NCBI GenBank assembly: GCA_036789645.1
Contig: DAIQLC010000005.1
Span: 38,549-102,548 of the forward strand
Direction of reading: 5' to 3'
Length of the DNA stretch: 64,000 bases
DNA from: Candidatus Hydrogenedentota bacterium
GTDB lineage: Bacteria > Hydrogenedentota > Hydrogenedentia > Hydrogenedentales > SLHB01
Position numbers and translations under genes: made by a program. This document shows positions 49,901 through 59,724 of this stretch, piece by piece. Position 1 is the first letter of the stretch. Every line of letters starts with the position of its first letter. The notes below the pieces were generated by a model, which saw only the letters and a program-made list of their open reading frames with translations, made no database searches and was not told the origin of the DNA.

Positions 49901-50268
49901 GGATGCGCTATCTCCTGTTGAGTGTGTTCAAAACGCACGATCCGGACCTCCGGGGCGCCGCGTTCGCGGTCGTCCTGCGGCATCCCTGTGCGCGAACGGT
50001 TCGTGCTTCCTCAGACAGAATCATACACCACCGCGCCATGCGCTTTCCGGTGGAACCCCTCCGCCTCGGGGCTATCCTCGGCCGCCCCTTCGGGCCTGCC
50101 CGAACGGGGACATGCTCCAAGCGCCGCGCGCCCGCACGGCAATTTTCTTCCTGGTTCTGACCAGCATCGCCCGAACCGCACGGCTCACGGTTAACGCCTT
50201 CCCGCGGATCTTTAACAGTCTCTATCCGATCGGGCATAGTCTTGCTCGAACAAACGAGGAGAGTGCCC

Positions 50269-51264
50269 ATGCGAAGTGTATGCCTTCTTGCCGCCGTGGG
50301 TTTGCTTGCCGGCGCAGCCGGGGCCGATGCTGCGGTGCCGATTCTCTACACGACGGACCTCCTGCATCCCCATGCCGATCCCGACGACCATTTCGACATC
50401 GCGACCCTTTTCGGGATGCCGGAATTTGATATCCGCGGCGTGGTCTTCGATCTCGGGCCGATCGGCAAGGACCGTCCGGGGGTCGTGCCGCTGCGGCAGA
50501 TGATGCACCTGACCGGGAAAGACGTGCCGTTCGCTACGGGACTGCTCGAATGCCTGGCCTCGCCGGGTGACACGGGCCGTAACCAGCCCGAAGAGACTCA
50601 GCGCGGGGTCGAGTTGATCTTGCGCGTCCTGAAAGAGAGTCCGCAGCCTGTGGTGGTATTCGCGACAGGCAGCCTTCGCGACATTGCGGCGGCCATGAAC
50701 CGCGACGAACGTCTGTGCCGCGAGAAGATTGCCCGGCTCTACGTCAACGCCGGCCATGCGGGCGGCGACCGTGAATACAACGTCGACCTCGATCCGCACT
50801 CCTATGTTCGCGTGCTGAACAGCGGTCTTCCGCTCTACCTCGTGCCGTGTTTTGGCCCGGACGGCTATGAATCCTACTGGCGCTTCACCCACAAAGAGGC
50901 GCTGGAAGAGACGTCCCCGGAGATCCAGCGCTTCGTCATTTATGCCCTGACCAAGACCGACCCGGCGCAGCGCGACCCCATACAGGCCTTGTCCGAGCCG
51001 GTCCCTGAAGCCCTTCGCCAGGAGATTTGGAGCCAGGAACGGAACATGTGGTGTACGGGGGCGTTTCTGCATGCCGCGGGCCGTGCCTGCCAGACGTTTT
51101 CCTTCCCCGGAGCGGAAGTGCTCGTCGAACCGTCGGGGCGCACCACCCTGGTTTCTGCGGGCATAGGACGTCCCATGAAGGTGTTTCATGTGGATAAGCC
51201 GGACGAGTACCGCGCCGAGATGCTTGCCGCGTTGAAACAGGCCCTGACGGCATTCAAAGACTGA
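50269..51264 (+). CDS. Secreted nucleoside hydrolase-like (IU-NH fold) protein
   Basis: Start after RBS GAGGAG. Signal peptide; TTDLLHPHADPDDH (variant of the DxDxxxDD Ca-binding motif), TGSLRDIA, EYNV. Confidence 0.8.
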   Translation: MRSVCLLAAVGLLAGAAGADAAVPILYTTDLLHPHADPDDHFDIATLFGMPEFDIRGVVFDLGPIGKDRPGVVPLRQMMHLTGKDVPFATGLLECLASPGDTGRNQPEETQRGVELILRVLKESPQPVVVFATGSLRDIAAAMNRDERLCREKIARLYVNAGHAGGDREYNVDLDPHSYVRVLNSGLPLYLVPCFGPDGYESYWRFTHKEALEETSPEIQRFVIYALTKTDPAQRDPIQALSEPVPEALRQEIWSQERNMWCTGAFLHAAGRACQTFSFPGAEVLVEPSGRTTLVSAGIGRPMKVFHVDKPDEYRAEMLAALKQALTAFKD

Positions 51265-51432
51265 CCGGGCGGAAATACTCCGGGGGCAGGGGCCAGGCTG
51301 GGTACCTCCGGCGCGGCGGCGGGCGCCTGATGGTTCGCGCAACCCGTGCTTTCCGGCGTCTGATTTGATCGGATCCTTCGCGCCCGGTACACTGGCGCAT
51401 TCCGGGCGCAACCATCACGATAAGGAAGATTC

Positions 51433-53058
51433 ATGAGCAAGCTCAGTCTGAAAAAACTGGCGAAATACACCCCGTTTCCGGGGCCGGTGGTCCTGGTCAT
51501 CATGGACGGCGTGGGCATTGGCAAGCGCGACGAGTCCGATGGCGTGCATATGGCGTATACGCCTGTTCTGGACGAGTTGCTCCAGGAACCTCTCTACGTG
51601 CAGTTGAAAGCCCACGGCACGGCGGTCGGGCTTCCCACCGACGAGGACATGGGCAACTCCGAGGTCGGTCACAACGCCCTGGGTGCGGGCCGCGTGTTTT
51701 CACAGGGCGCGCGGCTGGTCAACGAGGCCATCCGGTCGGGGAAGATCTTTGAAGGCGCGGCCTGGAACGCCCTCAAGGAACGGGCCGCCAGCGGCGGCGC
51801 CGTCCATTTTATCGGGTTGCTGTCTGACGGCAACGTGCACAGCCACATCGAGCAGTTGTACGCCCTGCTGGACCGGTGTGCCCGGGACGGCATGCCGCGG
51901 GTGCGGGTGCATCCGCTGATGGACGGCCGGGATGTGGGCGAAAAGAGCGCGCTGAAGTACATCGAACCCCTCGAGGCCCGGCTGGCCGCCTTGAGCGAGG
52001 GCGGCAAGGAGTACCGCATCGCTTCCGGCGGCGGGCGCATGATCACCACCATGGACCGCTATTTCGCCGACTGGACGGTCGTAGAACGCGGCTGGAAAGC
52101 CCATGTCCTCGGCGAGGGGCGGCCGTTCGCCTCGGCGAGCGAGGCCATCAAGACGTATTACGCGGAAGACCCCGGCATCACTGACCAGTACCTCGAGAGC
52201 TTCGTCATCGCCGAGAACGGCAAACCCGTCGGAACCATCGAAGACGGCGACGCCGTGGTGTTTTTCAATTTCCGGGGCGACCGGGCCATCGAGATTTCCA
52301 TGGCCTTCGAACAGGACGATTTCAGCGGATTTGACCGCAAACGCGTGCCGGACGTGTTCTACGCGGGCATGATGGAATACGACGGCGACGCCCACATCCC
52401 GCGGAACTTTCTCGTGGAGCCGCCCGCCATCGACCGGACCATCGGACAGTATCTCTGCGCGGCGGGCGTCACCTCCTACGCCATTTCCGAAACCCAGAAA
52501 TTCGGGCACGTAACCTATTTCTGGAACGGCAACAACTCCGGATACCTCGACGAAACCCTCGAGAAATATGTGGAAATCCCATCCGACAAGGTCACCTTTG
52601 ACCAGCGGCCCTGGATGAAAGCGGCCGAAATCACCGATGCGGTCCTCGCCCAGATCCGGCAGGGGGATCGGAAATTCGTCCGGCTCAATTTCGCCAACGG
52701 CGACATGGTGGGCCACACCGGCATTCCCATCGCGGTGCGAATCGCCGTGGAGGCGGTTGACCTGGGCCTGCGCCGCATCCTTCCGGCGGTGCGCGCGGCC
52801 AGGGGCATCCTGATCGCCACCGCCGATCACGGAAACGCCGACTGCATGTGGACCGAGAAGAAGGGCAAACGGGAGGCCATGGTGGCGCACACGCTGAATC
52901 CGGTGCCGTTCGTGGTCAAGGATTTCTCGGGAGCCAACGTGCTCAGCCTGAGCGGCGTGGAACATGCGGGGCTGAGCAACGTAGCGGCGACGCTGCTGAA
53001 CCTGCTCGGTTACGAGAAACCGGACGAGTACGACCCGTCGCTGATCACAGTGGGATAA
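51433..53058 (+). CDS. gpmI: 2,3-bisphosphoglycerate-independent phosphoglycerate mutase
   Basis: LVIMDG, MGNSEVGH (phosphoserine), SDGNVHSH, DGRD, NFRGDRA, ETQKFGHVT, NGDMVGHTG, ADHGN. Confidence 0.97.
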   Translation: MSKLSLKKLAKYTPFPGPVVLVIMDGVGIGKRDESDGVHMAYTPVLDELLQEPLYVQLKAHGTAVGLPTDEDMGNSEVGHNALGAGRVFSQGARLVNEAIRSGKIFEGAAWNALKERAASGGAVHFIGLLSDGNVHSHIEQLYALLDRCARDGMPRVRVHPLMDGRDVGEKSALKYIEPLEARLAALSEGGKEYRIASGGGRMITTMDRYFADWTVVERGWKAHVLGEGRPFASASEAIKTYYAEDPGITDQYLESFVIAENGKPVGTIEDGDAVVFFNFRGDRAIEISMAFEQDDFSGFDRKRVPDVFYAGMMEYDGDAHIPRNFLVEPPAIDRTIGQYLCAAGVTSYAISETQKFGHVTYFWNGNNSGYLDETLEKYVEIPSDKVTFDQRPWMKAAEITDAVLAQIRQGDRKFVRLNFANGDMVGHTGIPIAVRIAVEAVDLGLRRILPAVRAARGILIATADHGNADCMWTEKKGKREAMVAHTLNPVPFVVKDFSGANVLSLSGVEHAGLSNVAATLLNLLGYEKPDEYDPSLITVG

Positions 53059-53109
53059 CCGTCCGCGTGGCGCCGGTATTTACGCGCCTGAAAGACGCGC
53101 CGCGAACCG

Positions 53110-54621
53110 CTAGACCGCGGCGAGCGTTTCCCCCGTTGCGAGGCGCATGAGGCGTTCCTGATCGGCGTCCGCCCGCGGCAGTTCCCCGGCCAGCCGACCC
53201 TCGTGCATGACGAGGATGCGGTCGCACATGCCCAGCACTTCGGGCAGTTCGCTCGAGATCATGAGGATGCAAACGCCGTTGCGGACCAGTTCGTTCATCA
53301 GCTTGTAGATTTCGACCTTGGCCCCGACGTCGATGCCGCGGGTGGGTTCGTCGAAGATGAGCACCCGGCACCCGGTAAACAGCCATTTGGCCAGCACGAC
53401 TTTCTGCTGGTTGCCGCCACTGAGGTTCTGGGCGGTCTGCTCGATGGTGGGCGTCTTGATGCGCAGGTCGTCGACGTACTTCAGCGTCACTTCCCGCTCG
53501 CGCCCGCGATCCACGAACAGAAACCGGACCAGGTCTTTCAGGTTGGCGAGGGTGGTGTTCTCGCGAACCGACATGCCCAGAACGAGACCCTGCGTTTTGC
53601 GGTCCTCGGTCAGCAGCCCGATGCCCTGGCGGATAGCGTCCTGGGGTGAGGTGACGGTGATGGGCCGGCCATCCAGGAATATCTGGCCCGCGTGAAGCTT
53701 GTCGGCGCCGAAAATGGCCCGCGCGACCTCGGTGCGGCCGGCGCCCACCAGCCCCGTCAGCCCCATGATCTCGCCTTTGTGAAGGCTGAAGCTGACATCC
53801 TGAAACGCGCCATCGATACCGAGACCCTCGACGCGCAGCACTTCCTCACCCCGGGCGAAACGCTCTTTGGGATACTCGTCTTTCAATTCACGGCCGACCA
53901 TCATGTGAATGAGGTCTTCCCGGTGCACCTCGGAGACCTCTTTGGTGCCGATGTACTGGCCGTCGCGCATGACGGTCACCCGGTCGCCGATCTCGAAGAT
54001 TTCCTCGAGCCGGTGCGAGATGTAGATCATGCCGATCCCGTCCTTCTTGAGGCCGCGGATGAGGTCGAACAGCGCCTTGAGCTCGTGGTCGGTCAGGGTG
54101 GCCGACGGCTCGTCCATCACGATAACCTTCGAACTGAACGACAGGGCCTTGGCGATCTCGACGATCTGCTGCTGGGCCACGCTGCACTCGTTGACGGGTT
54201 TGCGCACGTCCAGGTCGGTGCGCACGCGCCCGAGAATCTCGCGGGCATCGCGATACATCGTGGACCAGTTGATGAACGGGGTTTTGCCCAGGCGCGGCTC
54301 CCGGCCCAGAAAAATGTTCTCGGCGACGCTGAGGAAGGGGCTCAGGTTGAACTCCTGGTAGATCATGCTGATGCCGAGCTGCTGGGCATGGTGCGGCGAA
54401 GTGACGCTGACCGGTTCTCCCGACAGCCGGATCTCGCCCGAATCCATCGGGATGGCCCCCGCCAGGACCTTCATGAGGGTGGATTTGCCCGCCCCATTCT
54501 CCCCCACGAGACAGTGCACCTCGCCGGGCCGCAGGGTCAACTGGCCATGGTCGACCGCCAACACGCCCGGATAGCGTTTCACAATATCCCGCATCTCCAA
54601 GACATACTCGCTCATCGGCAC
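53110..54621 (-). CDS. Monosaccharide ABC transporter ATP-binding protein (RbsA/MglA type, tandem NBDs)
   Basis: GENGAGKST, MDEPS, second NBD with LSGGNQQK and DEPTRGIDVGAK. No permease or binding protein next to it. Confidence 0.95.
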   Translation of the reverse strand: MPMSEYVLEMRDIVKRYPGVLAVDHGQLTLRPGEVHCLVGENGAGKSTLMKVLAGAIPMDSGEIRLSGEPVSVTSPHHAQQLGISMIYQEFNLSPFLSVAENIFLGREPRLGKTPFINWSTMYRDAREILGRVRTDLDVRKPVNECSVAQQQIVEIAKALSFSSKVIVMDEPSATLTDHELKALFDLIRGLKKDGIGMIYISHRLEEIFEIGDRVTVMRDGQYIGTKEVSEVHREDLIHMMVGRELKDEYPKERFARGEEVLRVEGLGIDGAFQDVSFSLHKGEIMGLTGLVGAGRTEVARAIFGADKLHAGQIFLDGRPITVTSPQDAIRQGIGLLTEDRKTQGLVLGMSVRENTTLANLKDLVRFLFVDRGREREVTLKYVDDLRIKTPTIEQTAQNLSGGNQQKVVLAKWLFTGCRVLIFDEPTRGIDVGAKVEIYKLMNELVRNGVCILMISSELPEVLGMCDRILVMHEGRLAGELPRADADQERLMRLATGETLAAV

Positions 54622-54733
54622 AACTCCCTCGAGGATTTTCTGAAGCGTTAGCCTACCCTTTTCGATTCGGCCTTCGCAAGTGATCCGGCGGAACGGGGCG
54701 CTGTCAAGCCATTTGCTGATCTTGCCGAAGGCA

Positions 54734-54762
54734 TGGACTTCAAGACCGACGATTGGTACACT
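54734..54762 (+). promoter_or_regulatory. Sigma70-type promoter of the second UvrD-family helicase
   Basis: TGGACT, 17 bp, TACACT with extended -10 TG. Confidence 0.55.
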
Positions 54763-54826
54763 ACCCTATTCTCCTGCCCGTGGAAAACTTCCTGAACAAT
54801 ACGCTCATGCACAGTCGAGGGGATTC

Positions 54827-56875
54827 ATGAATGCATTCCTGGCCGGACTGAATCCGGCACAACGGGAGGCGGTTGCGCACACGGAAGGACCGTTGCTGAT
54901 ACTCGCGGGGGCGGGCAGCGGCAAGACCCGCGTGATCACGCAGCGTATTGCGTACATTCTCGCGCAGGGCATCGCCCAGCCCGGTGAAATCCTCGCGGTA
55001 ACCTTTACCAACAAGGCCGCGGGCGAGATGCGGGAACGGGTGGCGGCGCTCGTCGGTGCGCGGGCCGGGCGGGAATTGGTCATTTCGACGTTCCATTCGT
55101 TCTGCCTGCGCGTGCTGCGGGCCGAAATCGCGCACCTCGGCTACCGGCAGGACTTCACCATCTCGTCGGAGGGAGATGTCCGTACCGTGGTGCGGCGTCT
55201 GCTCGAGGATCTCGACGACGTGAAGGAAACGTTTGATCCGGACAGCTTTGTCGAACAAATCGGACTGGTGAAGAACAACGGCTTGTTTGAGGTGCCGGAA
55301 GACCAGCCGGACGGCGATACCGAGACGGCCAGGAAATACGCCAAATGGCTCCCGGCGGTGTTCGAAAAATACCAGTCCGCGTTGCGGGCCGCCAACACCC
55401 TGGACTTCGACGATCTGCTGCTGCTGACCCTGCGCCTGTGGCGCGAGCATCCCCGGATTCTGGCGCGGTACCAGAAACGGTTGCGCTACGTGATGGTCGA
55501 CGAGTACCAGGACACGAACCATCTTCAGTACGAACTGCTCCGGCTCCTGGCAGCGGCCCATCGCAACATCTGCGTGGTGGGCGATGACGACCAGTCCATC
55601 TACGGGTGGCGCGGGGCCGACATCCGCAATATTCTCAGTTTCGAGACGGACTATCCGGAGGCAAAAATCGTCAAACTCGAACAGAATTACCGGTCCACCC
55701 AGACCATCCTGTCCTCGGCCAACGCGGTCATCGCCAACAACCGGGCGCGCCGCGAGAAAAAACTCTGGAGCGAGCTTGGAGCGGGCCGCCCCCTCGACTG
55801 GTTCGTCACGGGCGACGAAGAACACGAGGCGAAGATGGTCGTGGCCTGGATCCAGCATATCCGGGAACGAACCCGCGCCAAATACACCGATTTCGCGGTG
55901 CTGTATCGCTCGAACCTCCAGTCGCGGCCCATCGAGATCGCCATGCGCCAGGCCAAGATACCCTATGTCGTCGTGGGCGGACAGGACTTCTTCGAGCGGA
56001 CGGAGGTCAAGGACATCATTGCCTACCTGCGCGCCGTGGTGAATCCGCGCGACGAGGTGGCCTTCCTCCGGATCGCCAACATGCCCCGGCGCGGCATCGG
56101 CGACGCCACCCTGCACCAGGTGCACGCCCTCTGCCTTGCCGAGAACATCCCGTTCGCGAAGGGCTTGTCGGAGGCCATGCGGCGAGGCGTGATCCAGGGG
56201 CGGTCCGAAGCCGGGATTCGCGAGCTTCTTGGATTGTTGCGCGGGTTCGGAGAACGGTTCCGCCAGGGCGGGGCGCCCCTGTCTCAGCTGGTGCAGGAAC
56301 TGGTGGATCGCATCGGCTACCGCGCGGAACTCGTGCGCACGAGCAAGAGCGACCTGCAACTCGAGCAAAAGTGGTCGAACGTGGAAGCCGTCATCGACGC
56401 GGTGGCCCAGTACGAGCAGCAGTGCGAAGGGCCCCCCACGCTGAGCGCCTTTCTCGATGAAAGCGCCCTGAACAAAAACGACGACCAGCGCGGGAACGCG
56501 AACCAGAAACGCTCCGGCGTGACCCTCATGACCATCCACAGCGCCAAAGGCCTGGAGTTCCCGTTTGTATTCATCGCGGGCATCGAAGAGGGGCTGCTGC
56601 CGCACGAGAAGTGTCTCCAGGGCGACGCCCTCGAGGAGGAACGGCGGCTGTTCTACGTGGCGTTGACCCGCGGCAAACGCCATGTCACGCTGTTTGAGGC
56701 CTGCGCGCGCAACCGCCGGGGACGCGAGCGCCTCTGCACCACGAGCCGGTTTGTCAAAGAAATCCCGGAAGCGCTGCTCTGCCGCCACGTTCGGGCCGCA
56801 CGCGAGATGGTCTCGGACCGCGTTGCGCCGCCTCAGGTCTCCCAGTCGCCGAAACGCCGCCGCAAAAGCAGATAG
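54827..56875 (+). CDS. Second UvrD/Rep-family helicase, lacking the C-terminal Tudor domain
   Basis: Start MNAFLAGLNPAQ. AGAGSGKT, VDEYQDTN, LEQNYRST, IHSAKGLEF, EERRLFYVALTRG; ends in a short basic tail. Confidence 0.94.
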   Translation: MNAFLAGLNPAQREAVAHTEGPLLILAGAGSGKTRVITQRIAYILAQGIAQPGEILAVTFTNKAAGEMRERVAALVGARAGRELVISTFHSFCLRVLRAEIAHLGYRQDFTISSEGDVRTVVRRLLEDLDDVKETFDPDSFVEQIGLVKNNGLFEVPEDQPDGDTETARKYAKWLPAVFEKYQSALRAANTLDFDDLLLLTLRLWREHPRILARYQKRLRYVMVDEYQDTNHLQYELLRLLAAAHRNICVVGDDDQSIYGWRGADIRNILSFETDYPEAKIVKLEQNYRSTQTILSSANAVIANNRARREKKLWSELGAGRPLDWFVTGDEEHEAKMVVAWIQHIRERTRAKYTDFAVLYRSNLQSRPIEIAMRQAKIPYVVVGGQDFFERTEVKDIIAYLRAVVNPRDEVAFLRIANMPRRGIGDATLHQVHALCLAENIPFAKGLSEAMRRGVIQGRSEAGIRELLGLLRGFGERFRQGGAPLSQLVQELVDRIGYRAELVRTSKSDLQLEQKWSNVEAVIDAVAQYEQQCEGPPTLSAFLDESALNKNDDQRGNANQKRSGVTLMTIHSAKGLEFPFVFIAGIEEGLLPHEKCLQGDALEEERRLFYVALTRGKRHVTLFEACARNRRGRERLCTTSRFVKEIPEALLCRHVRAAREMVSDRVAPPQVSQSPKRRRKSR

Positions 56876-57864
56876 AGGAAAAACGGCCCGCCGATGAACG
56901 CCGTGATGATGCCGATGGGCGTTTCGCCGGGAAGCATGATGCGGGCAAAGATATCGCACAAACACAGGAAGGCGCCGCCCGCCACAAACGACAGCGGCAG
57001 CAGCAGGCGGTGGCGCGACCCCGTCAGGCTGCGCACCGCATGGGGCACGATCAGGCCCACGAACCCGATGGGACCCACCTCCGACACGATCACGGCGGTG
57101 AGAAACGAGCCCAGGAGAAACGTGGTGGTCTGAAGACGGCGCACGTTCACCCCGCGGCCCTGGGCAACCTCGGCGCCGAACCCTAGTTGGTCGAATTTCG
57201 CCGCCTGCAGCAAGAGAACGGCGCTGCAGGGCAGCACGCCCGCGGCCAGCCTGACAACCGGCTCGTAGCCGATGACGTCCACCCCGCCCATCAACCAGCG
57301 TTCCATCATAGCCAGCATGCCCGGCTCCGACAGAAACCGCACGAGCATCATCCCCGCGTTCGAAAGCATGCCCAGCGTAATACCCGCCAACAACAGCACC
57401 GACGAGGAGACATGGTGCCGCCGCACCGCCATGAGATAGATCAGCGACACGTCCAGCAGCGCGAACACAAACGCAAAAACCTGCACGGCCGAAAAGCCCC
57501 AGAGGGCGAGGGCGAGTCCGGCGGAGCGCATGACCACGGTCGCGGTGTAAGCGCCAAAAGCCCCCGCACTGGCCACGCCGAGCGTGTAGGGCGTCGCCAG
57601 CGGATTGCGCAGAAGGGCCTGAAACACGCACCCGGCCAGCGCCAGACCGCCCCCCGCGAACAGCGCGGCCAGGGTGCGCGGAAGCCGGTGCTGGAGCAGA
57701 ATCGCCAATTCCGGCGCGTCGGCAAGAGGGCGGCCCGCGCACCAGTCGCGCCAGGCGGCGGCAAAACTGATCGATTCGCTCCCAACACCGATGCTGGCCA
57801 GTACGGCGGCCAGCGAAACCGCCGTCAGCCCAGCCGCCATGAGACCGCCGTGACGCCGCCTCAT
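56833..57864 (-). CDS. FecCD/BtuC-family ABC permease
   Basis: RLPRTLAA, QALLRNPLATPYTLG, GPIGFVGLIVPHAVR, CDIFAR, IGIITAFIGGPFFL. ATG overlaps the ATPase stop. Confidence 0.93.
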   Translation of the reverse strand: MRRRHGGLMAAGLTAVSLAAVLASIGVGSESISFAAAWRDWCAGRPLADAPELAILLQHRLPRTLAALFAGGGLALAGCVFQALLRNPLATPYTLGVASAGAFGAYTATVVMRSAGLALALWGFSAVQVFAFVFALLDVSLIYLMAVRRHHVSSSVLLLAGITLGMLSNAGMMLVRFLSEPGMLAMMERWLMGGVDVIGYEPVVRLAAGVLPCSAVLLLQAAKFDQLGFGAEVAQGRGVNVRRLQTTTFLLGSFLTAVIVSEVGPIGFVGLIVPHAVRSLTGSRHRLLLPLSFVAGGAFLCLCDIFARIMLPGETPIGIITAFIGGPFFLYLLLRRRFGDWET

Positions 57865-58667
57865 GGCCTCGCTCCCCCGGCGGACGCGGGTTCCGGCCAC
57901 ACCAGCGGCGTGCCCGTGATGGGATGTTCCGTAACGACGATGGGCGATTCGTAGGCCTCGGTCAACAGGTCGCGCGTCAGGACCTGCCGCGGCGTCCCTT
58001 GCGCGACAATGCGGGCCCGCGCGGACATCAGCACAAGCCGGTCGCAGAATTGCCCCGCGACGTTCAGGTCGTGGGTCACCACCGCGACACCGTATCCGTT
58101 CCGGGCCAGCCCGCGGAGCAGCGCGAAGATCCCGGCCTGGTGGTTGATATCGAGGGCCGCGGTGGGTTCGTCGAGCAGCAGCAGATCCGGCTCCTGGGCG
58201 AGAATGCTCGCCAGAAGCACCCGTTGCCGTTCTCCCCCGGACAAGGTGCCGAAATCGCGGTGGCGCAGGCCGTCCGTCCCGGTTTCCCGCATGCAGCGCA
58301 GCGCGACCTCCCGGTCGCGGGCGGACGCCGCCCCCAGCGGGCCCAGCCGCGGATACCGTCCCAGAAGCACGACCTCGAACGCGGTCAATGCAAAGGCGGG
58401 AGTGACGGTCTGGGGAAGAAACGCCAGTATCCGGGCGCGTTCCCGGTTGCTGATCGCGCACAGCGGCTGGCCATCCAGCAGCACGTCGCCTCTGGCAGGA
58501 CGCAGAAACCCGCAGAGCACCCGCAGGAGGGTGCTTTTCCCCGAGCCATTCGGCCCGATAACGCCCATGACCTCGCCGCCGTTCACGCCCACATCGGCGT
58601 CGGCCAGCACCGGCGACTCAGGCACATACGCAAACGATACGGACTGTGATTCAAGGCGTCTGCCCAT
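57861..58667 (-). CDS. FecE/BtuD-type ABC ATP-binding protein
   Basis: GPNGSGKST, LSGGERQRV, LLLDEPTAALD, VTHDLN. Confidence 0.94.
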   Translation of the reverse strand: MGRRLESQSVSFAYVPESPVLADADVGVNGGEVMGVIGPNGSGKSTLLRVLCGFLRPARGDVLLDGQPLCAISNRERARILAFLPQTVTPAFALTAFEVVLLGRYPRLGPLGAASARDREVALRCMRETGTDGLRHRDFGTLSGGERQRVLLASILAQEPDLLLLDEPTAALDINHQAGIFALLRGLARNGYGVAVVTHDLNVAGQFCDRLVLMSARARIVAQGTPRQVLTRDLLTEAYESPIVVTEHPITGTPLVWPEPASAGGARP

Positions 58668-59703
58668 GGTCCCTCAACCCATGTTCGAGGTCAGGATACA
58701 ACAGCGAGGCGAGTTTTGCCGCGATTTCGGGCGCGCGCGGCCCGGGACGCAGCGCATGCGACTCCGTCACGAGATAGATCCGGTGGTTCCGCACGGCCGG
58801 AAGCGAAGACAACTGCTGCCAGTCCGCGAGGTACTGCGCCTGGACGGCGTCCGGAATCGTCTCTCCCGCGTGGAACTCGATGATGGCTTCGGGAGCGCGC
58901 ATGACGACCGTTTCTTTTGACGCTTCGATGTACGGCTGGTCCGCGTCCCGGTAGAGATTATCGCCACCGGCCGCGGCGACGAGTTCCGATACGAACGACG
59001 TCCCGCCGACCGTATGGAAATCGGCCATGTCGTGCAACTGGCGTCCCGTGAGAATGAGCACGGGCATGCGCGGACGCGACGCCACGCGTTCCCGGACCAG
59101 CGCCAGGTCCGCGTCGAACGCGCGCGCCAGCGTTTCCGCCTCCCGGCGACATCCCAGGCGGTCGCCGATGATCTGGATGCCCTCGCGGATGGTATCGAGG
59201 CTGTCCATGTTGACGCGGAGCAGTTCGAACCCGCGTTTTTCGGCGAGTTCGGTCACGCGTTCGTGTTCGCCCTGGACAATGATCAGCTCCGGGTTGAGCC
59301 GGGTGACCTTTTCGAGGTCCGGATTGTGCCACCCCCCCACGCGCTCGAGGTGTTCGACGCCGGGCGGGTAATCGCAGAAATCCGACACCGCGATAACCTG
59401 CCCGCCTTTCCCGAGAGCGAACACGGTCTCCGTGATGTGCGGCGCGAACGTGATGATGCGCTCGGGCATGGAGGCCGTTTCGGGCGGCGGCGTCCCGCGG
59501 GCGTCCTCCCCGGCGCCATCCGGAGCGGGAGCCTCGACCGTGCCGCCGCAACCCGCGCAAAACCAGACAAGACCGGCCGCAACCACGCACAGCGCGCCCG
59601 CGACACGTGCGTTGCGGCGGCGCGGTTGTCGTATCGGTCTCACTTGGTCTGCGCCTCCCGGCGGCTGGGCCGGATAAAGAACGGGGCAGCCGCGCTCAGG
59701 CAC
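58651..59703 (-). CDS. BtuF-like (class III) periplasmic binding lipoprotein for cobalamin/iron complexes
   Basis: CAGC lipobox, RIITFAPHITETVFALG, SDFCDYPP, PDLEKV, AVRNHRIY, RPGPR. Start position uncertain. Confidence 0.88.
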   Translation of the reverse strand: MPERGCPVLYPAQPPGGADQVRPIRQPRRRNARVAGALCVVAAGLVWFCAGCGGTVEAPAPDGAGEDARGTPPPETASMPERIITFAPHITETVFALGKGGQVIAVSDFCDYPPGVEHLERVGGWHNPDLEKVTRLNPELIIVQGEHERVTELAEKRGFELLRVNMDSLDTIREGIQIIGDRLGCRREAETLARAFDADLALVRERVASRPRMPVLILTGRQLHDMADFHTVGGTSFVSELVAAAGGDNLYRDADQPYIEASKETVVMRAPEAIIEFHAGETIPDAVQAQYLADWQQLSSLPAVRNHRIYLVTESHALRPGPRAPEIAAKLASLLYPDLEHGLRDHGQTP

Positions 59704-59724
59704 GGCCGCCCCGGATGGAATCCA

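Noticed and set aside
50232-50246. Sigma54-like GGGCATAGTCTTGCT before the nucleoside hydrolase-like gene
   Set aside because: The GGCA-to-TTGC spacing is one base short of consensus.
54761-57742. 993-aa minus-strand ORF
   Set aside because: Antisense to the helicase and out of frame over the permease; no domain signal.
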